Source: Candidatus Doudnabacteria bacterium (GTDB taxonomy: Bacteria; Patescibacteriota; Doudnabacteria; UBA920). Taken from it: a stretch of 64,000 bases of DNA. Made by a program: the position numbers and the translations under genes. The notes beneath the pieces were generated by a model that saw only the letters and a list, made by a program, of their open reading frames with translations, ran no database searches and had not been told where the DNA came from. Numbering within the stretch: position 1 is the first letter of the stretch; each line of letters starts with the position of its first letter. This document shows, one piece after another, positions 10,372-19,010 of this stretch. The DNA lies in NCBI GenBank assembly GCA_963837465.1, contig CAWINB010000004.1, positions 74,853-138,852 on the forward strand, in the 5' to 3' direction.

Positions 10372-10397
10372 GTCATCCTGAATTTATTTCAGGATCC
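10372..10397. repeat. short variant (f) of the palindromic element: GTCATCCTGA-atttattt-CAGGATCC, just upstream of the rpoC start
   Basis: Shares the GTCATCCTGA arm with the copies at 26003, 26050 and 32915. Confidence 0.5.
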
Positions 10398-10408
10398 ATT
10401 ATTTATAT

Positions 10409-10513
10409 AATTTCAAATTACAAATATCAAATTTCAAATGAATGGCAAGTGTCAAAGTTTAAAATTGAAACATTAGGATTTTATTTGAAATTTGTAATTG
10501 GAAATTTGAAATT
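10409..10513. repeat. imperfect ~30-bp inverted repeat built from AATTTCAAAT/TTACAAAT units (arms 10409-10439 and 10483-10513) in the rpoC 5' region
   Basis: The reverse complement of the right arm matches the left arm in blocks; followed by a (CT)5 run. Confidence 0.5.
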
Positions 10514-10589
10514 AAACCTGGCCTTTACAAAACTCTCTCTCTCTTTGGTATTCTTGGGTGTCCGAACACTTGGTGTTTAAAGGAGGAGT

Positions 10590-10799
10590 ATGTACGTATA
10601 TTTCGTCGCCTACTGGGACCATTATTTCAATGGCTCCTACAATGATGAAGTGAAAATGGCGCAAAAGATCACTTCTTTGGAGCAGGTTAGGAAGCTGGAG
10701 CAAGAGATCAACAAGAAGAGGAACAAAGCAGCTGCCTCAGGGTCACAATACCACAATGTCAACATTACCTGGTTTCAGCTACTGCGTCGGGAAAAATGA
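10590..10799 (+). CDS. small hypothetical protein (69 aa) on the opposite strand inside the rpoB-rpoC intergenic region
   Basis: 'AAAGGAGGAG' precedes the ATG and a strong intrinsic terminator follows. No recognisable homology. Confidence 0.35.
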   Translation: MYVYFVAYWDHYFNGSYNDEVKMAQKITSLEQVRKLEQEINKKRNKAAASGSQYHNVNITWFQLLRREK

Positions 10800-10838
10800 C
10801 AGGCTGTCATCGCAAACTGCCAGTACATCGGCTGCGCG

Positions 10839-10895
10839 CCCGGTTCCGTCAATTCCGCCAAGCGATGGCGGGTGACGGAACCGGGTCGTTTTTTT
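10839..10895 (+). terminator. intrinsic terminator: 13-bp stem CCCGGTTCCGTCA/TGACGGAACCGGG followed by T7
   Basis: Perfect stem with an inner hairpin in the loop, then tcgttttttt. Confidence 0.7.
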
Positions 10896-10992
10896 GCCCA
10901 CAACAATTTAATTTATAGAGCCTCTGGAGGAGATATTTTTTACGGCTGATGATTATCCTTTGGCGTAAAAATCCGGGATGACAACTCTTAGA

Positions 10993-11033
10993 TTCAGCGT
11001 CTATTCAGCGTACGTATCAGCGACAATTCAGCG
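10993..11033. promoter_or_regulatory. four direct repeats of (T/A)TCAGCG at 11-12 bp phasing, abutting the rpoB stop codon
   Basis: Repeats at 10993, 11004, 11016 and 11027, i.e. helical periodicity. Confidence 0.4.
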
Positions 11034-11035
11034 GC

Positions 11036-14000
11036 TTATTTTTTCTTGTCTTTCTTATACTTCTTACCATCCTTCTTAGGCTCATCGGCAAATAAAGAAG
11101 CTTCAGATGCCATGGGCATCATTGCCGGCATATTGGGGACTATTATTTCCGGCTCTTCGGCGGCAGAGCTTACCGCGCCGTCTTTACCGAGAAGTTCTAC
11201 ATCCAAACAAAGCGACTGAAGTTCTTTGACCAAAACGCGGAAGCTTTCCGGAATATTCGGTTTCTTAATCGGTTCGCCTTTTACAATAGCTTCATAGGTT
11301 TTGCTTCTGCCGACCACATCGTCAGATTTAATAGTCAGCATTTCCTGCAAAGTGTGGGCAGCGCCGTAACCTTCCAAAGCCCAAACTTCCATTTCCCCAA
11401 AACGCTGGCCGCCGAACTGGGCTTTTCCGCCCAAAGGCTGCTGGGTAATTAAGCTGTACGGACCGGTGGAACGCGCGTGCATTTTGTCATCCACCAAGTG
11501 GTGAAGTTTCAAAAAGTACATAACGCCAACCGTAACTTTTTCGTCAAACGGCTCGCCGGTCTTGCCATCAAACAAAACAACTTTGCCGTCTTCGGGCACG
11601 CCGGCTTTTTTAAGTTCCGCCTTAATTTGGTCTTCGTGAATACCGTCCAGTACCGGGGTGGCAATTTTATAACCGAGCTTGTAAGCGGCCATCCCCAAAT
11701 GGGTTTCCAGAATCTGACCGAGGTTCATACGGGACACCACGCCAAGAGGATTTAAGATGATATCGACAGGAGTTCCGTCTGCCATAAACGGCAAATCTTC
11801 CAGCGGAATGACTTTGGAAATAACGCCCTTGTTGCCGTGGCGGCCGGCCATTTTGTCGCCGACCTGGATTTTACGAAGCACGGCCACCGATACCTGAATA
11901 GAGCGGATAACACCGCTGGGGAGTTTGTCGCCGGCATCGCGCGTAAACTGGCGGATGTTGACTACTTTTCCGTATTCGCCGTGCGGCAGGGTTAACGACG
12001 TGTCTTTAACGTCGCGGGATTTTTCACCAAAAATAACTCGCAGCAGTTTTTCTTCGGCCGTTAAGTCTGTTTCGCCTTTGGGCGTGATTTTTCCAACTAA
12101 AATATCACCGGCTTTAACCTGGGCGCCAACGCGGATAATGCCGTTTTCGTCCAAATCTTTTAATTTTTCATCGCCGACGTTGGGGATGTCGCGGGTAACC
12201 TGTTCGGGGCCGAGCTTGGTGTCGCGCACATCTATTTTAAAATCATCAATGTGAATGGAAGAATAGCGGTCCTGCTGAACCACGCGTTCACTAACCAAAA
12301 TAGCGTCTTCGTAGTTGCCGCCTTCCCAGGAAAGGAACGCCACCAAAACGTTCTGGCCCAAAGCCAATTCCCCGCCTTCGGTGGAAGCGCCGTCGGCTAA
12401 AACGTCGCCTTTGCTTACTTTTTGGCCGCGGTTAACACGGGCAATCTGGTTAATGGAAGTTGCTGAGTTGGTGCGCAAAAATTTCAGCAAAGGATATTCT
12501 TTCTTTTTGCCTTTTTCGCCGGCCACGATAATTTTTTCGCCGGTCACGGAAACTACGTCGCCGTCTTCCTCGGCCAAGACCACCGTGCCGCTGTCGCGCG
12601 CGCTCTTGGCTTCCATGCCGGTGCCTACCAAAGGCGCGTCCGGCTTAATGCAGGACACGGCCTGGCGTTGCATGTTGCTGCCCATTAAGGCGCGGTTGGC
12701 ATCGTCGTGTTCCAAAAAGGGAATTAAGGAAGTAGTAACGGAAATAATCTGCTTGGGGGAAACGTCCAGGGCATCTATGTCCGAAGTTTCGGAAATAGAC
12801 GGAACGGAGTGCACGCGCACCGAGGAGCGAGGCTGCACAAAGTAGCCTTTGTCGTCTATTTCAATATTGCTTTGGCCGATAATTAAATGCTCTTCTTCAA
12901 AAGCATCCATATAAACAATTTTGTCCGTGGCCCGGGCTTTAATCCGGACTTCCAAAAGCTGTTCGTTTTTAGCCAATTCTTTGGCCTGGGCCGGGCTGAT
13001 AGTTTGGCCGGCTTTGACTACAACATTACCCTTGGCATCTTTAACATCATAAAAAGCAATTTCATCCACAGAATCTTTGCCGTCATTTTTGGCGTTCTTT
13101 TTAACAAAACGGTAGGGAGTTTCTATAAAACCAAAATCATTTACGCGCGCGTAAGTGGCCAAGTGGGCTACTAGTCCAATGTTTGGCCCTTCCGGAGTGG
13201 TAATGGGACACAATCTTCCGTAGTGGGAACGGTGCACGTCGCGGACTTCAAAACCGGCGCGTTCGCGGCTTAAACCGCCGGGACCCATAGCGCTCAGTCT
13301 GCGCTTGTGCTCCAGTTCGGCTAGCGGGTTGGTCTGGTCCATAAACTGGCTAAGCTGGGAAGATGAAAAGAATTCCTGCATGGTGGCCACAACCGGACGC
13401 ACGTGGACCAGTTGGGCGGGTGTTACAGCGTCAAGATCAGTGAGAGTGGACATGCGGTCTTTGGCAATGCGGGCCATTCTCACCAAACCCACGCGGAAGC
13501 GGGCCTGGATAAGTTCACCCACGGCGCGGACGCGGCGGTTGGCCAAGTGGTCAATGTCATCGGGCGGTTCCTGGGTATTGTTTAAACGGATAACTTCGCG
13601 CACCACGGCAAGCAGATCCTCTTTGGTCAGCAGCGGAGTTTCGTTATCTTTTATGGACAGACGCTGGTTAAATTTGTAGCGGCCTACGTCTGAAAAATCA
13701 TAGCGCTCCAGATTAAAAAACATGCCGGAAATAAGGGATTTGGCATTATCTACGGTAGCCAAATCGCCTGGGCGGATTCTTTTGTAAACTTCTTTGTAGC
13801 CTTCATCACTGTTGGTGGAAGCGTCTTTTTCCAAAGTATTTTGAATGTATTTGGTGTCCGGATCGGTATCAATATCGGCAAAATTGGTTAAAATTTCTTC
13901 GTTGCTTGATAGGCCAAAAACACGCAACAGGGCGGTAATGGGAATTCTGCGTTTGCGGTCAATTTTTACGCCGATAACGCCGGCGGCATCGGTATCCAGC

Positions 14001-14551
14001 TCCAGCCAGGCGCCGCGGTTAGGGATAATTTTGGCGCCGTAGCAGTTTTTGCCGCGGATATTTTCCATGGTGAAAAACACGCCGGGAGATTTAATCAGCT
14101 GGTTAACCACCACGCGTTCCACGCCGTTGATAATAAAAGTGCCGCGCGGCGTCAGTAAAGGGAAATCCCCAAAATAAACATCCTGGGTTTTGGTTTTCCC
14201 GCTTATTTTATTGACCAGCTTGGCCGAAACGTACAAAGGAGCTTCGTAGGTGGTGTTGCGTTCGCGCGAAGTAAACTCGTCATACTTGGGTTTGTCAAAA
14301 AAATAGTCGCCAAAAAACAGCTCCAGGTTCTTGCCCGTAAAATCGCGGATAGGGTTAACTTCGCCAATAAGCGCCTTTAAGCCTTTTTCCACAAACCAGC
14401 GGTAAGAGTTCAACTGGACCTCTATTAAATTGGGCAACAGCGCGGTCTCGTGCTGCTTGGTAAAAAATTTGCGCGCGGGGAATTCTTCCACCCAGGTTTT
14501 GGTGGTAATTTCTTTTGATTTAGTGGCCATTAAGTATGAACTTTCAGCCAA
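11036..14551 (-). CDS. rpoB: DNA-directed RNA polymerase subunit beta (track start is TTG; a more likely start is the ATG 'MATKSK' at about 14530)
   Basis: 1171 aa with typical RpoB conservation throughout. Confidence 0.95.
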   Translation of the reverse strand: MAESSYLMATKSKEITTKTWVEEFPARKFFTKQHETALLPNLIEVQLNSYRWFVEKGLKALIGEVNPIRDFTGKNLELFFGDYFFDKPKYDEFTSRERNTTYEAPLYVSAKLVNKISGKTKTQDVYFGDFPLLTPRGTFIINGVERVVVNQLIKSPGVFFTMENIRGKNCYGAKIIPNRGAWLELDTDAAGVIGVKIDRKRRIPITALLRVFGLSSNEEILTNFADIDTDPDTKYIQNTLEKDASTNSDEGYKEVYKRIRPGDLATVDNAKSLISGMFFNLERYDFSDVGRYKFNQRLSIKDNETPLLTKEDLLAVVREVIRLNNTQEPPDDIDHLANRRVRAVGELIQARFRVGLVRMARIAKDRMSTLTDLDAVTPAQLVHVRPVVATMQEFFSSSQLSQFMDQTNPLAELEHKRRLSAMGPGGLSRERAGFEVRDVHRSHYGRLCPITTPEGPNIGLVAHLATYARVNDFGFIETPYRFVKKNAKNDGKDSVDEIAFYDVKDAKGNVVVKAGQTISPAQAKELAKNEQLLEVRIKARATDKIVYMDAFEEEHLIIGQSNIEIDDKGYFVQPRSSVRVHSVPSISETSDIDALDVSPKQIISVTTSLIPFLEHDDANRALMGSNMQRQAVSCIKPDAPLVGTGMEAKSARDSGTVVLAEEDGDVVSVTGEKIIVAGEKGKKKEYPLLKFLRTNSATSINQIARVNRGQKVSKGDVLADGASTEGGELALGQNVLVAFLSWEGGNYEDAILVSERVVQQDRYSSIHIDDFKIDVRDTKLGPEQVTRDIPNVGDEKLKDLDENGIIRVGAQVKAGDILVGKITPKGETDLTAEEKLLRVIFGEKSRDVKDTSLTLPHGEYGKVVNIRQFTRDAGDKLPSGVIRSIQVSVAVLRKIQVGDKMAGRHGNKGVISKVIPLEDLPFMADGTPVDIILNPLGVVSRMNLGQILETHLGMAAYKLGYKIATPVLDGIHEDQIKAELKKAGVPEDGKVVLFDGKTGEPFDEKVTVGVMYFLKLHHLVDDKMHARSTGPYSLITQQPLGGKAQFGGQRFGEMEVWALEGYGAAHTLQEMLTIKSDDVVGRSKTYEAIVKGEPIKKPNIPESFRVLVKELQSLCLDVELLGKDGAVSSAAEEPEIIVPNMPAMMPMASEASLFADEPKKDGKKYKKDKKK

Positions 14552-14635
14552 AACGCACTATTTTGGCTTAATTAAAGCAAAAACTAAACCTTGCTATGTG
14601 AGTCGGTAAGGACTTCCGTGCTTGGTCAAGTACTA

Positions 14636-14700
14636 GGCATTTTTTGAGGATGTTTGGAGATGTAGTCATACTACACCGGAAAACAGCGGAAAAAAATAAC
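14636..14700. repeat. 65-nt element copy 1: GGCATTTTTTGAGGATGTTTGGAGA + hairpin (TGTAGT-cat-ACTACA) + ...CGGAAAAAAATAAC, upstream of rpoB
   Basis: Second copy at 63929-63993. The hairpin stem differs between copies but stays paired (CGTAG-tttac-CTACG). Confidence 0.6.
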
Positions 14701-15206
14701 AAAGTAATTAAACAAGCCCTCTTTGGGGGTTTCATCAATAATATCAATATTTTTAGATAAAACACGGAAGTCCTTTATGGAATATTTTATGTTCTCTATC
14801 TTCCCGAAATCATGGATTGAGGACACAAAACATTCCCTTTTTACACGCATCCCGCTATTTTTTAATAATTGATGGGTTTTGGAAAAAAATTTACTTTATT
14901 TAAAAGCATAAATATTTTTCCAGCCAACGCAAAAAAATTTGCGGGGAACGCAAAAAGGGCCGATCCACAAAGGCTTATAGGCTTACAACATTGTGCATAT
15001 TTTGATTATACTCGTCAACCAAAACTTGTCAAGTCCCGATTCTACCGGAACAAAATCCTTAAAACCCGATATCTTTATACATCCATACTACCACACTTAC
15101 CCACAAACCTCAAACAGTTAATCCACAGGGGAATAAAAGATGGCTCTGATATTTTTTGGTTACTTTAAAATAAAGGCAATACCTTCTTTTAGTGGTGCTT
15201 ATTATT

Positions 15207-15430
15207 TACAAACACATAGAGAATTTTATATATGGATTTGAGTATTTTTTATGTATAAATCATTCACGTATCTACAAAAGTAGAAATTTTATATATGGAT
15301 TTGAGTTTTAGATTCTTATAATATTATAACATATCTACAAAAGTAGAAATTTTATATATGGATTTGAGAGTTCCTGTACGGAAAGGACTGGAATATCTAC
15401 AAAAGTAGAAATTTTATATATGGATTTGAG
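15207..15430 (-). CRISPR. CRISPR array, leader-distal segment: degenerate terminal repeat (15207-15242) plus three intact 36-nt repeats (15270-15305, 15333-15368, 15395-15430); spacers of 27, 27 and 26 nt
   Basis: Repeat on the transcribed (minus) strand is CTCAAATCCATATATAAAATTTCTACTTTTGTAGAT, the canonical Cas12a crRNA repeat 3' hairpin. Confidence 0.9.
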
Positions 15431-15443
15431 TGAACTGCTCTGA

Positions 15444-16403
15444 TTATACCGTACCACTTCGACCGTTTTTGATGAGAGGTTTTAGAGCGGTCTTGGTGTA
15501 GGCCATCGGCGGTTTGTAGCCGATGCTGCTGTGTAATCTTCTATAATTATAGTAGTTAATTTTCTTCTTTACAAACTTAATAACTTCGGTTAAATTGGTC
15601 AGCTCAGATATCTCGCTTTGCAGCTCAGTCTTAAACCTGCCAAAGAAAGATTCCTGTCCTGGATTGTCCGTTGGAGTGCCAGGCTTGGAAAAAGATATCT
15701 TGCCGTGTCCCAGTATCGCTTCCACATAACTGTAACCGGTATACTGACTGCCCCTGTCCTGATGCCAAATCATTTTCTTAAATAATCTTTTTAACAGTTT
15801 GGGACAAGGTGGGAGTCGGCTGATAGTTTTTAAAGCGCTGCAAAACGAATTTAAGACTAAAGTTTCTTCCATGTTGTCATCAATATCGTATCCGTAAACT
15901 GCTTCCCCTAAGTTGTCCTTATGTACACACAAGTAAGCTTTTCCGGTTTTGAACTTCAACTCCGTAATATCCGAAGTAACGGCCTGCAAGGGTTTGGTGA
16001 TATTAGCCTTTAAAAGTAAGTTGGCTTTATCTCCTAAAGCATTTAAAGTTTTTTGAATAAAAGTATCTTTATTCTTTTTAATATTTCTAGGTAGACTAAG
16101 GCCCCAAAGGTTGCTTAATTTAGCCACTTTATCTCGGCCAATAGTAATGCGCTTGTTATCGTTCAGCTCATAGTAAAGCCTTCTTATTCCATAACCAGAA
16201 TTATCTTTTATGACTTTGACAAAGACTGCTTTTAAATGTTTATGGGCAATTTCAAACTTTTGGGTTTTATCACAGGCGTGGTAGTAAGTGTCCTTACTGA
16301 TATTAAAGAGTTTACAGATTTGATTAATCCCAATTCCATCCTGGCCGGCAAACTTGCGACAGTATTCGGCGATGCAAAGCTTGCTTACCCCTGACTGTCT
16401 AAA
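15444..16403 (-). CDS. IS3-family transposase OrfB (integrase core), expressed as an OrfAB fusion by -1 frameshift at T TTT TTA (about 16398-16404); the track ORF 15444..16127 is the Met-initiated portion
   Basis: 'HQDRGSQYTGYSYVEAILGHGKISFSKPGTPTDNPGQESFFGRFKTE...YNYRRLHSSIGYKPP'. The -1 frame is open from the slippery heptamer into 'MAKLSNLWGL...'. Confidence 0.75.
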   Translation of the reverse strand, partial: FRQSGVSKLCIAEYCRKFAGQDGIGINQICKLFNISKDTYYHACDKTQKFEIAHKHLKAVFVKVIKDNSGYGIRRLYYELNDNKRITIGRDKVAKLSNLWGLSLPRNIKKNKDTFIQKTLNALGDKANLLLKANITKPLQAVTSDITELKFKTGKAYLCVHKDNLGEAVYGYDIDDNMEETLVLNSFCSALKTISRLPPCPKLLKRLFKKMIWHQDRGSQYTGYSYVEAILGHGKISFSKPGTPTDNPGQESFFGRFKTELQSEISELTNLTEVIKFVKKKINYYNYRRLHSSIGYKPPMAYTKTALKPLIKNGRSGTV

Positions 16404-16711
16404 AAATTTTTAAGTAAGTTAATTTCCACTTCCTTTTTTCCCAGTAAGGATTCCAGATCACGAATTTGTTGTTTTGCTTGCTCTGTAGTTTTATCTGCTT
16501 TGAGTTCAAAGATGCTGGGACCGTTGTCCAGGAAGTGCCTGCGCCAGGTGGAAATTTGGTTGGGAGCTAAGTTATGCTTCCTGGCCAGTGCTGTAACTTC
16601 CGATTGTTTAAAACTTTCCAGTACCAGGTTAAACTTAAATTGGGCTGAATGTTTAATCTTAGAATTTAATTTGCTGCTACGCTTGTAGACATATTTTTTT
16701 ACATAATTCAT
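16385..16711 (-). CDS. IS3-family transposase OrfA (HTH plus leucine zipper)
   Basis: 108 aa ending at the slippery site; typical OrfA arrangement upstream of OrfB. Confidence 0.75.
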   Translation of the reverse strand: MNYVKKYVYKRSSKLNSKIKHSAQFKFNLVLESFKQSEVTALARKHNLAPNQISTWRRHFLDNGPSIFELKADKTTEQAKQQIRDLESLLGKKEVEINLLKNFLDSQG

Positions 16712-16825
16712 AATGGTTTTAGCAGGGTTACAATTAATTGTATTTTACCCTCTAAAACCTCTCATGCATAGTGGTACGGGAAAGCCAGGACAGATCAGAG
16801 GATTACTACTGGCGCCGGGACTTTG

Positions 16826-17049
16826 ATCTACAAAAGTAGAAATTTTATATATGGATTTGAGTTTTATGGAACGGCGTACAAGCACAGATCTACAAAAGTA
16901 GAAATTTTATATATGGATTTGAGGGGGAATAACCAAGTCGCCGCATTCCATCTACAAAAGTAGAAATTTTATATATGGATTTGAGTATATTCTTTGTGGA
17001 AGATGTGGGCTACATCTACAAAAGTAGAAATTTTATATATGGATTTGAG
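16826..17049 (-). CRISPR. CRISPR array, leader-proximal segment: four intact 36-nt repeats (16826-16861, 16888-16923, 16950-16985, 17014-17049); spacers of 25 (IS-adjacent), 26, 26 and 28 nt
   Basis: Repeats identical to those of the distal segment. Leader 17050-17211 lies between the array and cas2. Confidence 0.9.
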
Positions 17050-17063
17050 TCCGAATTGTTTTA

Positions 17064-17121
17064 GTTTAAGCCAAAAAGAATGCAAATAACAAATAAATTG
17101 TTACGACTTTTTGGCTTAAAC
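17064..17121. repeat. perfect 15-bp inverted repeat in the CRISPR leader (GTTTAAGCCAAAAAG ... CTTTTTGGCTTAAAC, 28-nt spacer)
   Basis: Exact reverse-complement arms at 17064-17078 and 17107-17121. Confidence 0.6.
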
Positions 17122-17211
17122 ATAAGTGGCCAAAAAATAAAGACCAAGGTTTTCAAATCTATATTTAAACTTATACCTTTAGGTATTTTGTTTAATTTTT
17201 AAGGTACATTT

Positions 17212-17493
17212 TTATTTAAAGACTAACACATCTTTCTCTTCGTTAGCCGAATAGCCATAACGAATGACTTTTTTTTGACAGACCAGACAAACTGGAAAAA
17301 TAACAATACTATCGCTATTGGTAAACTGCTTTTTATATACCAATTCTATCTCTTTTAAAATGTTTGTCAATACGCGCGGGCTGTTCTTTATTTCAAAAAC
17401 CGAATACTGAATTCTGCGGCCAAATTTCTTTAAAAATTTGCTGAATTTTGTCCTGGTTTTGTCGTCGGCAAAATCGTAAGAAACTAAAATCAT
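17212..17493 (-). CDS. cas2: CRISPR-associated endoribonuclease Cas2
   Basis: 93 aa starting 'MILVSYDFADDKTRTKFSKFLKKFGRRIQYSVFE'; sits between cas1 and the array. Confidence 0.85.
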   Translation of the reverse strand: MILVSYDFADDKTRTKFSKFLKKFGRRIQYSVFEIKNSPRVLTNILKEIELVYKKQFTNSDSIVIFPVCLVCQKKVIRYGYSANEEKDVLVFK

Positions 17494-17494
17494 A

Positions 17495-18457
17495 TTATTG
17501 AACCTCTTTGTTTAAAATATTAAAGTCAGGAAACTCGCCGCCGCTATGCATAAGAGACCTGTAAAATTTTTGGGTGAATAAATATAAAGCCTCTTTATTG
17601 TCCATAATTGCTTCCATAAAAATTTTGCCGTACTTTTGGCTTTTTTGATAATCTAAAACATATCTTCTGCCTACAACAGAAAAATCTTTACTATCTATTT
17701 GCTTGAGGTTGTAGGATTTTATAAGTTGTTTTTCTATAATACAGCGAAATGGCTCAATGATATCGCAGGTTAGTGATTTCCGCTGGAAAAATAATTTATG
17801 ATAGACCCCTTTGTAGGTATCAAAGCCAAACAGCAATAAAAGCGAATCAATAAAGTTAAATAAAAAAGTATAGCCCATATCCAATAAAAAATTAGGGATA
17901 TCGGGTTTTACCCGCGGCATACGTCTAAGCCAGCCAATTTTCCCAAAATATTCTCCAAAAAATACTCGGCTAAAATTTCCTTCCAGTCCCAATAACTCTT
18001 CAGGATTTCTGGCATTAACGACCTGCGCTAAAAATTCTGCAATCCCAGCTTCAACGTTCAAATCCCTATCTAATAACCTAAACTGGTTTTCCATTTTATT
18101 TGCTACCAATTTTTTTGCCATCCTAAACTCTTTTTCCTCGGGCATAGTGTATTGCATTGACCTAAGCATATAATTTCCCTCTGCCCGCGCGTTAAGGGCG
18201 CCGTATAACCCAAAATTATTACCCAAAAAAAATAAGGAAACCGCCCGCTTGCGGCACTCTTTTACTAAACCAGAGGTAAAAGAAAAGTCCCCGATTACGA
18301 ATATAGCCAAAATGCGGTGGCACGAAGCCTGGTTTATAATTTTTCCCTCTTTTTCAAAAACCACGTTTTCATTTTTAAAGAACAACCGGTTTTTAGCTCC
18401 GTGTTCGGTCTGGACAAATAAAATCTGCTTGGCTTTTAAATCCGGCAAAGTTAGCAT
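17495..18457 (-). CDS. cas1: CRISPR-associated integrase Cas1
   Basis: 320 aa of typical Cas1 length and conservation, adjacent to cas2 and cas4. Confidence 0.85.
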   Translation of the reverse strand: MLTLPDLKAKQILFVQTEHGAKNRLFFKNENVVFEKEGKIINQASCHRILAIFVIGDFSFTSGLVKECRKRAVSLFFLGNNFGLYGALNARAEGNYMLRSMQYTMPEEKEFRMAKKLVANKMENQFRLLDRDLNVEAGIAEFLAQVVNARNPEELLGLEGNFSRVFFGEYFGKIGWLRRMPRVKPDIPNFLLDMGYTFLFNFIDSLLLLFGFDTYKGVYHKLFFQRKSLTCDIIEPFRCIIEKQLIKSYNLKQIDSKDFSVVGRRYVLDYQKSQKYGKIFMEAIMDNKEALYLFTQKFYRSLMHSGGEFPDFNILNKEVQ

Positions 18458-18460
18458 AAG

Positions 18461-19003
18461 TTAGTTCCAAGCTAATGGGCTGTAAATATTATTTTGACAA
18501 TGGGCGCATGAATGTTCGGTAATATCCTTGGGGCTGAAACTTCTCATTTTTTGCAACGTTTGTTCAAATTCTAAAATTTCCTCCGCGCTTGGCAAGCCAA
18601 CTTCATAACGTTTGTTATCGGAAAGGCTGTGTAAAAACATTTTTTCTACTTTATACCCCATTTCTTCCATACAAAACATTTCCGCGTAAAGCTGGTATTT
18701 GTAACCCAAATAAATGTTTTTAATTTTATTTTTGCGCTCTATTAAAGTTTTTCCGGTTTGGTCATATATATCGATCTTGCCAATCAAACCATACCTCTCG
18801 CAATATACATCTATCCCCTGAACAAATCGCTTAGCGCTGGAATAAGTCCCATCTTCTATATTTTCATGCACCAACTTCCCCGCCACCTGCGCAGTTTCGT
18901 GATATCCCCGCTGGTCAAAATTCTCATATATTGTATGCAGATATAAAGACAAAGGACAGTAAAGAAAGTCATTTATTTTGGAAATTTGTATGTAATTTTC
19001 CAT
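18461..19003 (-). CDS. cas4: CRISPR-associated Cas4 (RecB-like nuclease with Fe-S cysteines)
   Basis: 180 aa with an N-terminal 'YCP' and C-terminal 'CAHCQ' cysteines. Order is cas12a-cas4-cas1-cas2. Confidence 0.75.
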   Translation of the reverse strand: MENYIQISKINDFLYCPLSLYLHTIYENFDQRGYHETAQVAGKLVHENIEDGTYSSAKRFVQGIDVYCERYGLIGKIDIYDQTGKTLIERKNKIKNIYLGYKYQLYAEMFCMEEMGYKVEKMFLHSLSDNKRYEVGLPSAEEILEFEQTLQKMRSFSPKDITEHSCAHCQNNIYSPLAWN

Positions 19004-19010
19004 TTATTTT

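Larger units (their letters stand above)
15431..16797 (-). mobile_element. IS3-family insertion sequence (1367 bp) inserted at a repeat/spacer junction of the CRISPR array
   Basis: 28-bp imperfect terminal inverted repeats starting TG...(TGAACTGCTCTGATTATACCGTACCACT / TGATCTGTCCTGGCTTTCCCGTACCACT). Flanking 3-bp direct repeat GAG (15428-15430 and 16798-16800). OrfA followed by OrfB with an rve/DDE domain. Confidence 0.8.

Noticed and set aside
14636-14760. 36-aa plus-strand ORF starting at the ATG inside the 65-nt element (GAGG-ATG...)
   Set aside because: The second copy of the element gives only a 10-codon ORF and the SD-to-ATG spacing is zero. Not a conserved coding unit.
15207-17049. Two separate CRISPR arrays
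   Set aside because: Both segments have identical repeats in the same orientation and are separated exactly by an IS bounded by inverted repeats and a 3-bp duplication. This is a single array split by a transposition.
17050-17211. The leader 15-bp inverted repeat as an intrinsic terminator for cas2
   Set aside because: On the minus strand the hairpin is not followed by a U-run. More likely a leader or integration-host-factor-type structural element, so it is annotated only as a repeat.
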